Source: Emiliania huxleyi CCMP1516 (Eukaryota). From it: a DNA stretch of 38,499 bases. The position numbers and the translations under genes were made by a program. The notes beneath the pieces were generated by a model. That model ran no database searches, had not been told where the DNA came from, and worked only from the letters and a program-made list of their open reading frames with translations. Below, piece by piece: positions 21,404 through 32,967 of the stretch. The stretch spans positions 1 to 38,499 of the forward strand of contig NW_005202176.1 in the NCBI RefSeq assembly GCF_000372725.1. The letters run 5' to 3'. The stretch's first letter is position 1. Each line of letters starts with the position of its first letter.

Positions 21404-22203
21404 TAAGTGCGGTTTGGGACGGCTCAGACTTGCTGCTGATGGGCCTGGGCCAGGAGAGCGACAGAGAAGGCGAGGTGGTGAGCTGGGAAGCCGCTTTGTC
21501 GGCACCTGGACGTGTCGCGATGAAGTGCCAAAAAGTACTATTTGCGGCTATTGCTCCAAACTTCGGGAGACAAGGCCTACATATTATGACTGAATCCATG
21601 AGCCTAGTGCATGAGGGCTGTGGGTCGGGACATTTCACAGTCGATGGCGCCGATAATGACCTCCGTAATGCCCTCGCAATCGGCTCGGATGGGGTCCACC
21701 GGGGACAATCTCGGAGCCCTCTCCGTGGCATCACGAGCCGGTGTGAGCTTGAAGACCCGAGGTAAGTGCGGTTTAGGACAGCTCAGACCTGATACTGATG
21801 GGCCTGGGCCAGGAGAGCGACAGAGAAGGCGAGGTGGTGAGCTGGGAAGCCGCTTTGTCGGCACCTGGACGTGTCGCGATGAAGTGCCAAAAAGTACTAT
21901 TTGCGGCTATTGCTCCAAACTTCGGGAGACAAGGCCTACATATTATGACTGCATCCATGAGCCTAGTGCATGAGGGCTGTGGGTCGGGACATTTCACAGT
22001 CGATGGCGCCGACAATGACCTCCGTAATGCCCTCGCAATCGGCTCGGATGGGGTCCACCGGGGACAATCTCGGAGCCCTCTCCGTGGCATCACGAGCCGG
22101 TGTGAGCTTGAAGACCCGAGGTAAGTGCGGTTTGGGACAGCTCAGACCTGATACTGATGGGCCTGGGCCAGGAGAGCGACAGAGAAGGCGAGGTGGTGAG
22201 CTG
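21404..22203 (+). repeat. 359-bp tandem repeat (~2.2 copies left of the gap; ~1.2 inverted copies at 22338-22780)
   Basis: TAAGTGCGGTTT(G/A)GGAC recurs at 21404, 21763 and 22122. Confidence 0.9.
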
Positions 22204-22218
22204 AGAGGCGGAGAGTCG

Positions 22219-22318
22219 NNNNNNNNNNNNNNNNNNNNNNNNNNNNNNNNNNNNNNNNNNNNNNNNNNNNNNNNNNNNNNNNNNNNNNNNNNNNNNNNNN
22301 NNNNNNNNNNNNNNNNNN
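22219..22318. other. Assembly gap (100 N)
   Basis: Run of N. Confidence 1.
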
Positions 22319-23635
22319 GAAGCGCTATTTCCTGCTCTCAGCTCACCACCTCGCCTTCTCTGTCGCTCTCCTGGCCCAGGCCCATCAGTATCAGGTCTGA
22401 GCTGTCCTAAACCGCACTTACCTCGGGTCTTCAAGCTCACACCGGCTCGTGATGCCACGGAGAGGGCTCCGAGATTGTCCCCGGTGGACCCCATCCGAGC
22501 CGATTGCGAGGGCATTACGGAGGTCATTGTCGGCGCCACCGACCGTGAAATGTCCCGACCCGCAGCCCTCATGCACTAGGCTCATGGATGCAGTCATAAT
22601 ATGTAGGCCTTGTCTCCCGAAGTTTGGAGCAATAGCCGCAAATAGTACTTTTTGGCACTTCATCGCGACACGTCCAGGTGCCGACAAAGCGGCTTCCCAG
22701 CTCACCACCTCGCCTTCTCTGTCGCTCTCCTGGCCCAGGCCCATCAGCAGCAAGTCTGAGCCGTCCCAAACCGCACTTATCTTGGGTGATGAAGCTCACT
22801 CTGGCTCATACCACGGCTCTGCAGCCTCACACACGCCCGTTTCAGCCACAGACACCGCCGGCACGCACTCCCACTTCACACACGCTCAAGCACAACCCCA
22901 TCAAAGCACATCCCTGCTCAGAATGGGCAAGGGCTACCACCTGGTGACCCTGGTAGCCTCTGGCTCGCCACTGCACTCGGCTCCTCTGCAGCGGTCTCGG
23001 CTCTCGCCACGACAGCACGCCGACGGCAAGCTTTGACGCCCGTCTGGTGGACCTGCTGTGGCCACAGCCGCCCCTGACATGCATCTCGCACCATGACTCG
23101 ACACCGGGCCCGCTCAGCTTGGTCGTGGCGGCGTGTGTGAAGGATGCGCGGCCGAGCCGCTGGCTGGCGCCGCTTGAGCGTCCGAGATGGCCGCAGCAGA
23201 GGCCACGCGTCGCGCCGCCGGCCAATCCCAGCCTCTCGGCGGTCGAGTTGGTCGAGCTGGCGGGCGGAGAGCCGCCAAGAGGGCAGCAGCGGAGCGTGAG
23301 AGGCCGTGCGAGCTTGCGCTAGCGAAGCGCTAGCGCTTCGGGCGATTTCAATAGGCGGCCTACCTTGGCCTTTAACCGCCATGGAAGTTATCCGTTGTGC
23401 GGACGTCGCCGCGGCTCGCCTCTGCCGCGGCGGCTGCTGCGCGCACGCGGCGGCGCCGCTCTCTCGCGAGACGGCTGGCGACGCGGCTCGCCGCCGACGT
23501 ACGCTGCGCTCGTCCGACGGTCCGCAGCGTGGCGTGCGCGGCGCTGCGCGCCGCTCTGCGAGCGCTTCTGCGCCTGCACTGCCTCTCTCTGTTGCTGCTG
23601 CTGCTGGTGATGATGCTGCTGCTGGTGCAGCAGCT

Positions 23636-24020
23636 CGGCGTTCCGCAGCTCCGCGAGCAGCTCGAGGTAGCCGTCGTCGTCGGGTGACACGAAGCCGCGC
23701 CGCAGCAGAAAGTCAGCGATGACGACGGCCACGTTCGGCTTGAACAGCCTCTCGCCCGCCTGCCGCTCGACCAGCCGCGCCACCTCATCCATGGGCGTGA
23801 GCGAAAATTCCTCGACCTCCCCGTCGACAGCGCGCGGCACGAAGTCGTCACCGCAGCGCAGGTCGAAGGTGTATAGCACATCGCGCTTGAGGGCCCACCC
23901 CGTCTCGTCAAACCCGGTGTAGCAAACTCCGCCCGCCGGCTGGATCGCGCCTGCCAGCCGCGGCGGCACGCCAGCCTCCTCGGCCGCCTCCTTGCGGATC
24001 GCGCCGAGAGGCATCTCGCC
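23636..24020 (-). pseudogene. C-terminal fragment of a Nudix hydrolase (NUDT20 / thiamine-PP-related type)
   Basis: Half Nudix box IRKEAAEEAGV, then RDVLYTFDL, DGEVEEF and FKPNVAVVIADFLLRRG. The N-terminal half is not found upstream, and the frame runs on into a (CAG)n tract. Confidence 0.75.
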
Positions 24021-24074
24021 CCCCCCCCAGCCGCCCACTCGTACGTACAGCGGGTGCGGGAGAGGAGCCGCCCC

Positions 24075-26079
24075 TCAGCCGAGCCTCACGCTGTTGACCG
24101 CGTCAACTTCGGCATCCGAGAGGTCGAGGCGGCCGAGGTAAGGAGGTGTGCCGCCGCTTCCGCTGCTCCCTCTTTCGCAGCGCCTCGAGCTGAGCGATGC
24201 GACGGACCGCCCCGACGTATTCCATGTGCGCCGTGCGAGGCACGGCGGACCCCGCGCCGCACGCTTGCGCGAGCTCGATGAAGCGCGGCATCGCCTGGGC
24301 GATGGCGGAGCGGTACGCGACGGCGCGCTCTTGGTCTTGCTGCTTGCCGCTCTACACACTACAGAGTCTTCTGTTGCGGGCATTGTCCATTTTGAGAAAA
24401 CAAGATCTGGCACGCCGCCGTTTCTAAGCCTTTTCACACCCCTCACCCACCCCACGCCGTGGTTTCTTAGCTCCTGCCGGCACCCCAGATCAGCCGGAGG
24501 ACTAGGTGTAAAATACAAAATAAGGACTGGCTGGACCTCCTCCGAGAGCGCGGCGCCCGGTCCACCCCCTGCACGCCTGTGCCATTGTTGATGTCCGCGT
24601 AGTTGAGGACGCTGTAGTCAGCCCCCGCCGCAGAGAGCTGCGACGCGGTCGGCTCCTCGTCCTCCTCGCTGGCCTGCGCCGCCTCCTCGCCCTCCTCGCC
24701 CTCCTCGCCCGCCGCCTCGGCCCGCCGCGCAGCCGCCGCCTTGGCCCGCCGCGCAGCCGTGTCGAGCGTGTGCTCCTGATACGCTGAGAGGACCGAGAGC
24801 GGCGGGAACTCGGCCGCAACCCACGCCGCCATCAGGAGCTTCATCGCCCGCTCCGTGAGCGCGCCGATCAGCGGCGCCATTTTCTGCTTGCCCTCGTCCG
24901 ACAGCAGGTCCTTGTAGCCGGGGCACCGAGAATGGAGGAGAAGTCGAAGGCGTCCTTCTCGTAGAAGGTGATGAGGAAACGGCCGAAGAGCCCGTTCTTG
25001 TTCTTGTCCTCCATCTTAGCCATGCGCAAGACCGACTCGTGCTGCGTCATGAGCAGCAGCGACATCATAAAGTGCATGCGCTTGATGTCGGTGACACCGG
25101 TGCCCTTGGCGACCTCCTCGCCGGCGTCCCAAAACTTGGTCCAGGCGGAGAGCTCGCCCGACGACTTCGACCCTTCGATGTTGGCAACCCACTCCTGGCC
25201 CTCAGGGACGGACATAAGGAGGCGCCACAGCTCTGGGAAAGCGACGAGCTTGTTCATGAGCCGCAGGCACGCAGCAACGGGTGGGTGGCGAAGAGGGAGG
25301 AAGGGTGGTGCTCAATGAGAAGCGCACAGGAGGCGGTGCCGGCCGTCATCAAGCCCTTGAGGTCGCCGTTTGTCTCGCGCGGGTGATAGGCGACCGCCTC
25401 CCGGAGCGCGGCGGGCGCCTCCTTTTGCCCGTGCTCAGGCCGCAGAATCTCGGCTACGACGGTCGGGACAAGGGCTTGCGGGGCAATCGCCTTGAAGAGC
25501 AGAGACTTGGCCGATCCGGTCCTGTGTCATATGCTTACGAGTGACTGCAATGTGTGTAGGTGTGAGGGAATGAGAGTGGAGTGTGACGCACCCTGCAACC
25601 ATAGACCGATAGCACGACGAGTAGGCAGAGAAAGGGGTGCGCTTCTCGCCATTGGCGGAGGTGGAAACAACCATGTTGACGGAGCGCAAAAGCGCCTCAG
25701 CCGACGCCTCCAGAACGGTTGCAACCGCCGATATGGGCACGCCTTTGATAGCGCTTGCGATGTGCGCGAGCTGCATGGCGAGCTCGTCGCCGTCATCAGC
25801 CAGCTGCTGCCAAGTCGCCTCCGTCTCCTTGGCGACAGCCTCCGTTGAAAGCTGTTCCGTCAAGCTGATCATAAAATCCTTGGCGAACTCACGGACCGCG
25901 TCGTAGCAGCCCTGCTCCACTGCTTGCGTGAGGCCCGGCTTCTCTGGAACCTCCGCTGCGCTCGGCAGCGGGCTCGGCTCGGATGGCTGCGACTCGCCGT
26001 CCCGAAGCTCAGAGTCCAGCTCATTCGCCGTCGCCGGTCCCTCGATCACGGGCGCCGTCGCCGGTTGACCCGCGTCCAT
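24075..26079 (-). pseudogene. Spliced, frameshifted DUF3987/YfjI-like P-loop ATPase gene
   Basis: Intron 25522-25591 (GG|GT..AG|G) builds the Walker-A-like MVAGTGSAKS. Downstream TKFWDAG...MSLLLMTQHE...NGLFGRFL matches the WDG...LS..G.IQP...GL..RFL pattern of DUF3987. Frame changes near 25470 and 24920. Confidence 0.55.
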
Positions 26080-27083
26080 GGGCGGATTCAGCAGGCCTGC
26101 AGCCCTCCAGCCCTCCACACCCCTCTCGGCCTCGTGGCGGGCACTCTCGGAAGATCCGCGCCATTCTTTTTTTGCGACCCCTCCCGGAGGCCCTTCCGAC
26201 CCCTCTCGAGCCCTCCCGCCACGAAGATCCTCCCTTTGTACGACCGTCCCTCCGAGCCCACCCGGCGCCCGAGCCCTCTTGCCTATCACCCGAGCTCGGG
26301 GGGGCGGCGAGCCCTCCTGGACCCCGCCACCCCTCCCGCCTCGCCCAGCCCTCCTGATCCCTCTCCCTCCCGGAATCCCGGTGGACCGCTCCACCCTCCC
26401 AGCGCGCTAGCCCTATGGGACCCTGTGGAGTTCTCCCGACGCCGATCCGACGGGGACCCCTCCAGCCCTGTGGGCTGGCGAGCCCTCCGGTCGGAGGGGT
26501 GGAAGTGGGAGGGCTCGAGGACGGACCCCTCTCGCTCCGGGAGGGTGGAGGGGTGTGGAGGCTGGAGGGTGGAGGGGTGGAGGGGTGGTTGGGTTGAGCC
26601 CTCTAGCTCTATCGCGGATATAGCCCTACCCCTCCCGCCGGGTTTTAGGGCCTACCCCCACCCGCTAAGCGCTATGCCCGCCTTCCCGGTTCCCGCGCAG
26701 AGCGGTCTCAAGAGGAAGAGGCGGGTGAGGGCTGAGGCTGGAGCACGATCGCTTGTACAACATGTGTTCATGTGTGTACGAAGGTGGTAGTGCAACGTAG
26801 TGAATAGGTGTGTGCATGCGCGCCCCACACAAGTACAGAGCCCCAGCAAACGTAAACCGCTGCCCGCGTACGCACAACCGAATGGCAAAACCGAGACCGC
26901 ATCCCCCCCTGCCCCAAGAGCGCAAAAGCCACAGCACGGCCGGGCGCCGCTCCTGCGCTCCCCTCCCCACCGCCCAAGCCGTGCGTCTCTCCGCCCACCG
27001 CCGCCTGCACTGCGTGCCAGTGCAATTTTGCGGGGTGCGCCTCATCTCGCCGGCTCGGGAGGGGAGGGCGGCGCGCAGCCGCC

Positions 27084-28518
27084 TCACTGCGCGTCGAGCA
27101 GCCGGCGCTGCTCTGGCGGGGAGAGGGAGAGCCACCTGCCAAGGCCGCGCCACGCAAGCGTCGGGGACGCTTCTGAGCTGCATCTCGGCCGCACCTCGGC
27201 CGCTCCTCGGCCGCACCTCGGCCGCATCTCGACCGCATCTCGGCCGCATCTCGGCTAAGCGAGCCACCCCTCCACGCCCGCCCACTCGTCTTCGCCTGGC
27301 AGCGGCCTCGAGCAGCGGACGTGGTACCTGCTCGCGCGCCCAGACGTGAGTCTTCTTCTTCCCGCCTCGCCGCCACGCGGCTAGCGAGGCACCAGCCCAC
27401 AATCGGCTTCCCGCGCTTCTTCTCCGGTCGCCTACACGCGACGCGGGCGCAGAGGTGCCACGGAGTGTCCTGCTGGCAGAGCGGCCCGCAGCGGCGCGGT
27501 CTGTCGCCCGATCCGCAGCTCTCCCGCCTCGATCGGCTCCCCACACACGCGGCAGCAGGAGCGGTCTGTCTTCGCCCTCTCCACGCAGCACACCGCCGCC
27601 TGGTCACGGCTCGAGCGGTGAGGAGGAGGAGCCTCGCTCCCTCCGCCCTCTCTCCCCCACCGCCCCCTCTCATCCGCCTGCCGGTTCGAGCTCGTGCCCC
27701 AGCCCGCGTGCTGCAGCGTGTGGTTGCCGTCCGCGTCGTAGTCCTTCTGTCACCCGCGCACGCGGCGGCACGGCCGCTTGCCGCTGTCGGAGGGCGACTA
27801 CCGGACATGCGACGGACGTGTCATGCACGCGTACGGACAGCTCTCGGCCGCAAACCGCGAGATGACGCCGCCCCCTCCCGCCCGGCCACCGAGGCGGCGA
27901 GCTCCGCGTCAGACTCCGCCTGAGGGCATCCAACCTCGGGTCAGCCTCGGCGCCTCGTCCAGGAACCTCGGCCCGACTCTCGTCCGCCTGCAGCCGCCGC
28001 GCCAGCGCAAGCGAGGCGGCGTCGCCGTCACGCTGCAGGGCGGCAGGCGGAGGCGGCGGCGGCGGCTCGTCGTCGCTGGCGGTGAGGTCGATCGCCTCGG
28101 CGCCGTCGGAAGTCGCTGCGGCGGTGCCGGCGGTGCCTGCGGCGGTGCCGGCGGTGCCTGCGGCGGTGCCGGCGGTGCCTGCGCGTGCGATGTCGGCAGC
28201 CACTCGCTGCGCCAGGTGCAGCCGGAGCGCCTCCACGTGGGCGCTGACCGCAGCAGCCGCTCGTCCTCCCGACGCCCACTTGCTGGAGAGCGTCGGCCGC
28301 TGTGGGCCGTTGCGAGACCCGTCCAGGTTGAGCATGCCAACCGTCAGGCGGTGGAGCGCCTGTGCAGCGGAGAACTCGCCTCGCAAGATGGCAGCGTCGA
28401 GGCACTGCTTGTTGCCGTCGAGGCCGTTTTTCCACTGCACGTGGAGGTGGCCGTGGCCCTTTGCAAACGGCCACGGGTTGGCGCGCGCCTCGGCGATCAC
28501 GGCTTCGCTCAGCGCCAT
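27084..28518 (-). CDS. Multi-exon hypothetical protein with UIM-like helix and PARP-type zinc-finger-like segment (exon structure uncertain)
   Basis: ORF from 28518 contains IDLT and DAASLALARRLQADE. An exon at ~27505-27600 reads VERAKTDRSCCRVCGEPIEAGELRIG. A 10-bp repeat tract at 27181-27255 looks intronic. Confidence 0.5.
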
Positions 28519-28616
28519 CCCGCGCCGTCTCGATCAACTGGACTGGCAGAGCAAGAGGAACGAGCGCGCAAGAGAATGAGTTTTTCTTTTCTTTCCTTGT
28601 CGCCTTGTGGATGTGG

Positions 28617-29015
28617 GAGTTCGCCGCGGATGTCTGGTCTCTGGGGGTCTGCCTTGTGGCGATGCTCGGCGGCTTCATGCCCTTTGCAGCAGACCAGCGG
28701 CGATTCGCGAGTCAGGTGAGGGTGCTGCGGCGCGCCCAAGAGGAGGGCCGATCGGCGACGAGAGCCATCTTCGGCTGGTTCCCACCTCGGTGGTGCAATC
28801 TCTCCGTCGGCGCAATCAGCCTGATCGATTCGCTCCTCGCCCTCAACCCTCGCGAACGGCCCTCTGTCGCCACGGTGCTCCAGCACCCGTGGATCAGCAG
28901 ACACAGCCATGGCGAGGAGTGCGCAATCGAGCGCGAGGGACCAGCCTCGCCAGACGAAGCCACGACCTCGACACGCGATCCGACTCGCCACGGTCAATTT
29001 TGGGTTCTGGTATGA
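28617..29015 (+). pseudogene. Orphan C-lobe of a Ser/Thr protein kinase (subdomains IX-XI)
   Basis: AADVWSLGVCLVAMLGGFMPF ... LIDSLLALNPRERPSVATVLQHPWI. No VAIK/HRD/DFG motifs are seen upstream. Confidence 0.75.
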
Positions 29016-29269
29016 TGCCTCGTGTGGTGAGTCCTTGCGGACCACGTCTCTCTTTCCCCCCGCCACCGCACACACGTCTGGCTCTGCGCACATTCTTGTT
29101 CACTACTTTTGTCCATTAGTGTTGTTTATACCGAGCCGTCAGCGCGGATCAGTCACAAAATATCAATCACAAAATATCCACACGTAAGCGAATGGGAGGC
29201 GGTCCGACGGGCGGGCGGGTCTCAACTCTCATGATTCGTGCATATGCGCGCGGCAGCCGACACTGACAC

Positions 29270-30423
29270 CTATCTAATAGCCTGCCGCAGGCAGTGCAAG
29301 GGCAGCTCGCCGGAAGCGACTGCGGCGATGTTGCTCACGACCTGCTCCCTCTTGCGCACCTCTTGCTCCGCCGTCCATCCGGAACAGTGCGGCGTCATGA
29401 CCACATTGGTCAGCTCGTGGAATGGAAACTGAGACGGCCACGTCTCGCCGCTCTCCACGCTGGGATATTGCCACCACACGTCGAGCACCGCCCCCCCGAT
29501 GCGCCGATCTCGCACGGCTTCGTACAGCGGCCGCTCCTCGCATAGGCCGCCTACACGCGAGATGCGAGAGAGGCGGGTTGGAGGCAGAGGGCGAGGCGCC
29601 TGCGTGGGGTTTAGTCGGCGGAGCGCCGCGTCCGACGTTGATGAGCACGGCGGTCGGCTTGAGCAACGCGAGTCTGAGGAGCAACCCAGTGGGGTCAGTG
29701 GGTCGCGTAGCAGCGAGGGTGGTGCGCACACCGGCGCTCGTCGATGAGGCCGCGTGTCGCGGGCGTGAGAGCGCAACAGAGCACGACAAAGTCGCTCTCG
29801 CGCAGGAGCCGCTCTAGGTCGGCCCCGTCGCCCGCGCCGCGCCATGCAACACCTTGCGGCAGCGGCTGCGTCGCCCGGCGAGGCCTCCCTGTCGTGGCGA
29901 GCACGCGCATGTCAAGCGCCGCCGCACGGCGCGCCACCTGCTCGCCGATGGCGCCGAGGCCCACAATGCCAAGCGTCTTGCCGCCTGCCTCGCCATGAAA
30001 GGGAGCGAGCCCGCGCTGGCCTGGCGCGCCAAAGGGGGGGACAATGCAGCGCGCTGCCCGCAGGGCGCGGTCGGCCCGCATGCAGCCCACCTGCCACTCT
30101 AGGATTGCGCAGAGCACGTATTCTGCGATCGAAGCATCCATTGAGGAGGTGTTGCAGACGTGAGCTGTGGGTGGCACCGCGTCAAAGTCGATCCACTCGT
30201 ATCCGGCGCTGGCACACTGGAGAAGCCTTAGGTTGCGCGTCTTTCCGAGCGCCGAGGCTGGAAACCCAGGCCCGGCCACAATGACAACCGCCAATGCGAG
30301 CAGCTCTTCCAGCCGCGCTGCTGAATCACCGAGGCGCCACTCCTCCAGCTGCCAGTCGGACTGGGCCGCGTCGCGAATGGGCTGCAGCAGACGAGCCGCG
30401 CGATCGTAGAAGAGAACGAGCAT
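29270..30423 (-). CDS. D-isomer-specific 2-hydroxyacid dehydrogenase, 3 exons (29732-30423, 29627-29673, 29270-29550)
   Basis: GKTLGIVGLGAIG Rossmann motif, SDFVVLCCALTPATRGLI, LINVGRG, AVLDVW and TPHCSG. In-frame GT-AG and GC-AG introns. Confidence 0.92.
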
Positions 30424-30582
30424 GTGCGTCGCGGCCAGATGAGACGTTACAATGAGGAACTCGGGAGGGCAGTGGCGATAGACTCGATCGTCACAACTTC
30501 GAGGCCGAAAGAAGAAATCGCGGTGAGCTGAAAATGAAGAGCGATGTAGATGCGATATCAGAATCCCCTATCCAGCCGTCTC

Positions 30583-31012
30583 AGTTCACGCCGGAATCGT
30601 GAACCGTGAACCGTGAACCAACTAGCCCCCGCCCCGAGTCCGTGAACCCCGAACCGTGAACCGACTAGCCCCCACCCCAAGTCCGTGAACCGTGATCCGT
30701 GAACCGACTCCTCCCGCGACACCCGCCGCGAACCGTGAACCGTGAACGAACCGAGTCTGGCGAACCGGCGGTGAACCGCCGGTTCGCGAACTGGGTTCGC
30801 GAACTGGTTCGTGAACCGCCCCCACCAAGTTCGCGCGGCGGTTCGCGAACTGGGTTCGCGAGAACTGGATCGTGAACCGCCCCCACCAACCTACTTGCCG
30901 GGCTCATAGTCCTTCTCGTGCTTGCACATTCGTTCCGGCTTTCGCCGCGCGCTGGTTCGAGTTTCTGGGTCTCGGTTCACGGATGGTTCGCGAACTGTGT
31001 GGTTCGCGAACT
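30583..31012. repeat. GTGAACC/GGTTCGCGAAC sub-repeat cluster (transposon subterminal-like)
   Basis: Many copies of CGTGAAC / GTTC(A/G)CG in both orientations. Confidence 0.75.
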
Positions 31013-31366
31013 GTGCAAAACAACCACCGGCGGCCCCACGACGGCGTCCTCGCCGCCTGGGCGGACGCGATGCGCGCCCCAGCCAACGCGCCGGTCGTGC
31101 ACGGTGACAAGGAGAAACCAGAGCTCACCCGCCACCCGGCAGTACAACGAGGGGTACAAGGTCGACCTCGCGGAACCCCACGCTGGCCCGGGAGGATGCG
31201 ATGAGGTGAATGAAGTCAAGCGGCAGCGTCGACCGCACGGCCTACTCGCCCAAGTACTCGCTCTCTTTTATGTCCCACCATGCAGAGCGCATCTCTCTCT
31301 CTGTTGTGCGAGGCGTGAACCGCGCCATTCGCTCTCACCTGGCAACCCTGTCTGTGTGACCATTAG

Positions 31367-31604
31367 TTAGTGCTCCGCGAACCCCGGCTCCAGCGGACCG
31401 AGTAATTGCTTGACTGCGTGGAGTTCCGAGCACGATGATGAGAAGCAGGCCGAAAACGTACCACCGCCGCCGCCGCCGCCGTCAGCCGCCCCTGCGCCAA
31501 CCGCCGAGAGGCGAGAGAGAGTGGCCGTGACTCCCTGGTGACTCCCACCCATATCCGCCACATCGACGAGGGTGCGCGACTCGACCGCGCCTCTGGCGAG
31601 GAGA
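31367..31604. repeat. Diverged ~240-bp direct repeat (second copy ~32410-32692)
   Basis: Shared blocks TTAGTGCTCCG, GGCTCCAGCGGACCGAGTAATTGCTTG and ATCCGCCACATCGACGAGGG...CTCTGGCGAGGAGA. Confidence 0.85.
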
Positions 31605-31787
31605 AGAGATTTTCCCTGGATTTGAGGAGAAGAAAACGAATTTTACAACAAAACTCCCTCGCACAACACTGGGCACGGGACTGGCGCGCACTAGAAAAAG
31701 AAAACGAGCGCGCGTGACGAGACTCATCAGTCCTCGCTCGTCCACTCCGCTCCACAGCAGAGCGCTCCACAGCAGAGCTCGTCCACA

Positions 31788-32078
31788 ATGCTCCGTCTCG
31801 TCTTCTCCCTGCTAATTCTCCTCTGCCTGTCCGCTGACTCAATCGACGCACGCACCGCCATGCGCAAGCTTCCCGTCCGAGCGACCCGCGCGCCAGCTGG
31901 GGCGATGATGGCAGGCGGCGATGAACCAAGTGAGCTGCTGCCAGAGCGCTGGACAAAGGGCCGAGTCGTCAAGGAGCCGACCAGGGCCAAAGCAGCTGCG
32001 GCTGACGATGCGACTCGGCGCGATAAGCTGTACTTGCACGACGACCTCCTGCCCTCGCGCTGGCTCAATCTCCTCTGA
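31788..32078 (+). CDS. Small signal-peptide-bearing protein (96 aa)
   Basis: ATG start, hydrophobic N-terminus MLRLVFSLLILLCLSA, and an A-rich 5' leader upstream. Confidence 0.5.
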   Translation: MLRLVFSLLILLCLSADSIDARTAMRKLPVRATRAPAGAMMAGGDEPSELLPERWTKGRVVKEPTRAKAAAADDATRRDKLYLHDDLLPSRWLNLL

Positions 32079-32967
32079 GATGGGCGTTCGGCCGACGTCT
32101 CTGCGGTCTAGTGCGCGAAGATGGTGGCGCGACATTGTGCCTTGATAGCTGCACACTGCAAACGTGCTCGCACACGTCTTTCTCCCCTAGCTAAGCTGGG
32201 CTCGGAACTCTTTGCCGCCTAGTCTCTTGGCTTGCGTGCTTGCGAGCTCGACAGGCTGCTGCATGTCCGTGTGCGAGTTGGCTGCCGCCACCTGAGCGCA
32301 GAATGATGCCTTCAGCCCTCTGCGTACTCGTTCCATCCATGAACGCTTGATTCCTTTTCTCCGCGGCCAGACGCACGGCATAAGCACGCTCGCCATACCT
32401 GGCATGCCGTTAGTGCTCCGAACCCCATGCCCGCGGCATATAGCGTCGGCTCCAGCGGACCGAGTAATTGCTTGCCTGCGCGAGCTCCGAGCACGTTGAT
32501 GAGAAGCAGGCCGAGAGTGAAGAGACGTACCGCCGCCGCCGTCACGCGTCAGCCGCCCCTGCGCCAACCGCCCTAGGCCTAGCAACCGCCGAGAGGCGAG
32601 AGCCGAGAGTGGCGAGACTCCTATACTGTACAGTACCGCTATCCGCCACATCGACGAGGGCGCGCGACTCGACCGCGCCTCTGGCGAGGAGACAAAACGT
32701 CAGCGGGAGGTGCAGGGGTGTGCTCGTGGCGTCGCTGCTTGCTGCGGCCCCCACCCCACTGAGAGGTACGATAGAGGCGCGAGCTCGCGTGCGTGTGGGG
32801 GGGGAGAGAGAGATGAGTCATGAGAGTGCGAGCGCTGCCTCGCAGATCATGTTTGGTCCGCTGAGAGCACGTTAGTTGTCGATCTCGGGCTCTTTCCCCC
32901 CCTCAGTGAACTCTTTTTCTTGCGATAAACCCCCCAAACGGCTCGCGCCGCCGCCGCCGCCGCGCAC

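Larger units (their letters stand above)
20804..23371. mobile_element. TTAA-flanked foldback-type DNA element (Kolobok-like ends)
   Basis: TTAA|AGGCCAAGGT ... ACCTTGGCCT|TTAA, with the imperfect TIR extending to CTATTGAAAT. Near-identical inverted arms at ~20920-22203 and ~22338-23262. Confidence 0.8.

Noticed and set aside
21147..23036. Repeated 100-195 aa ORFs in the inverted arms
   Set aside because: They arise from the 359-bp repeat units and show no transposase or other recognisable motif.
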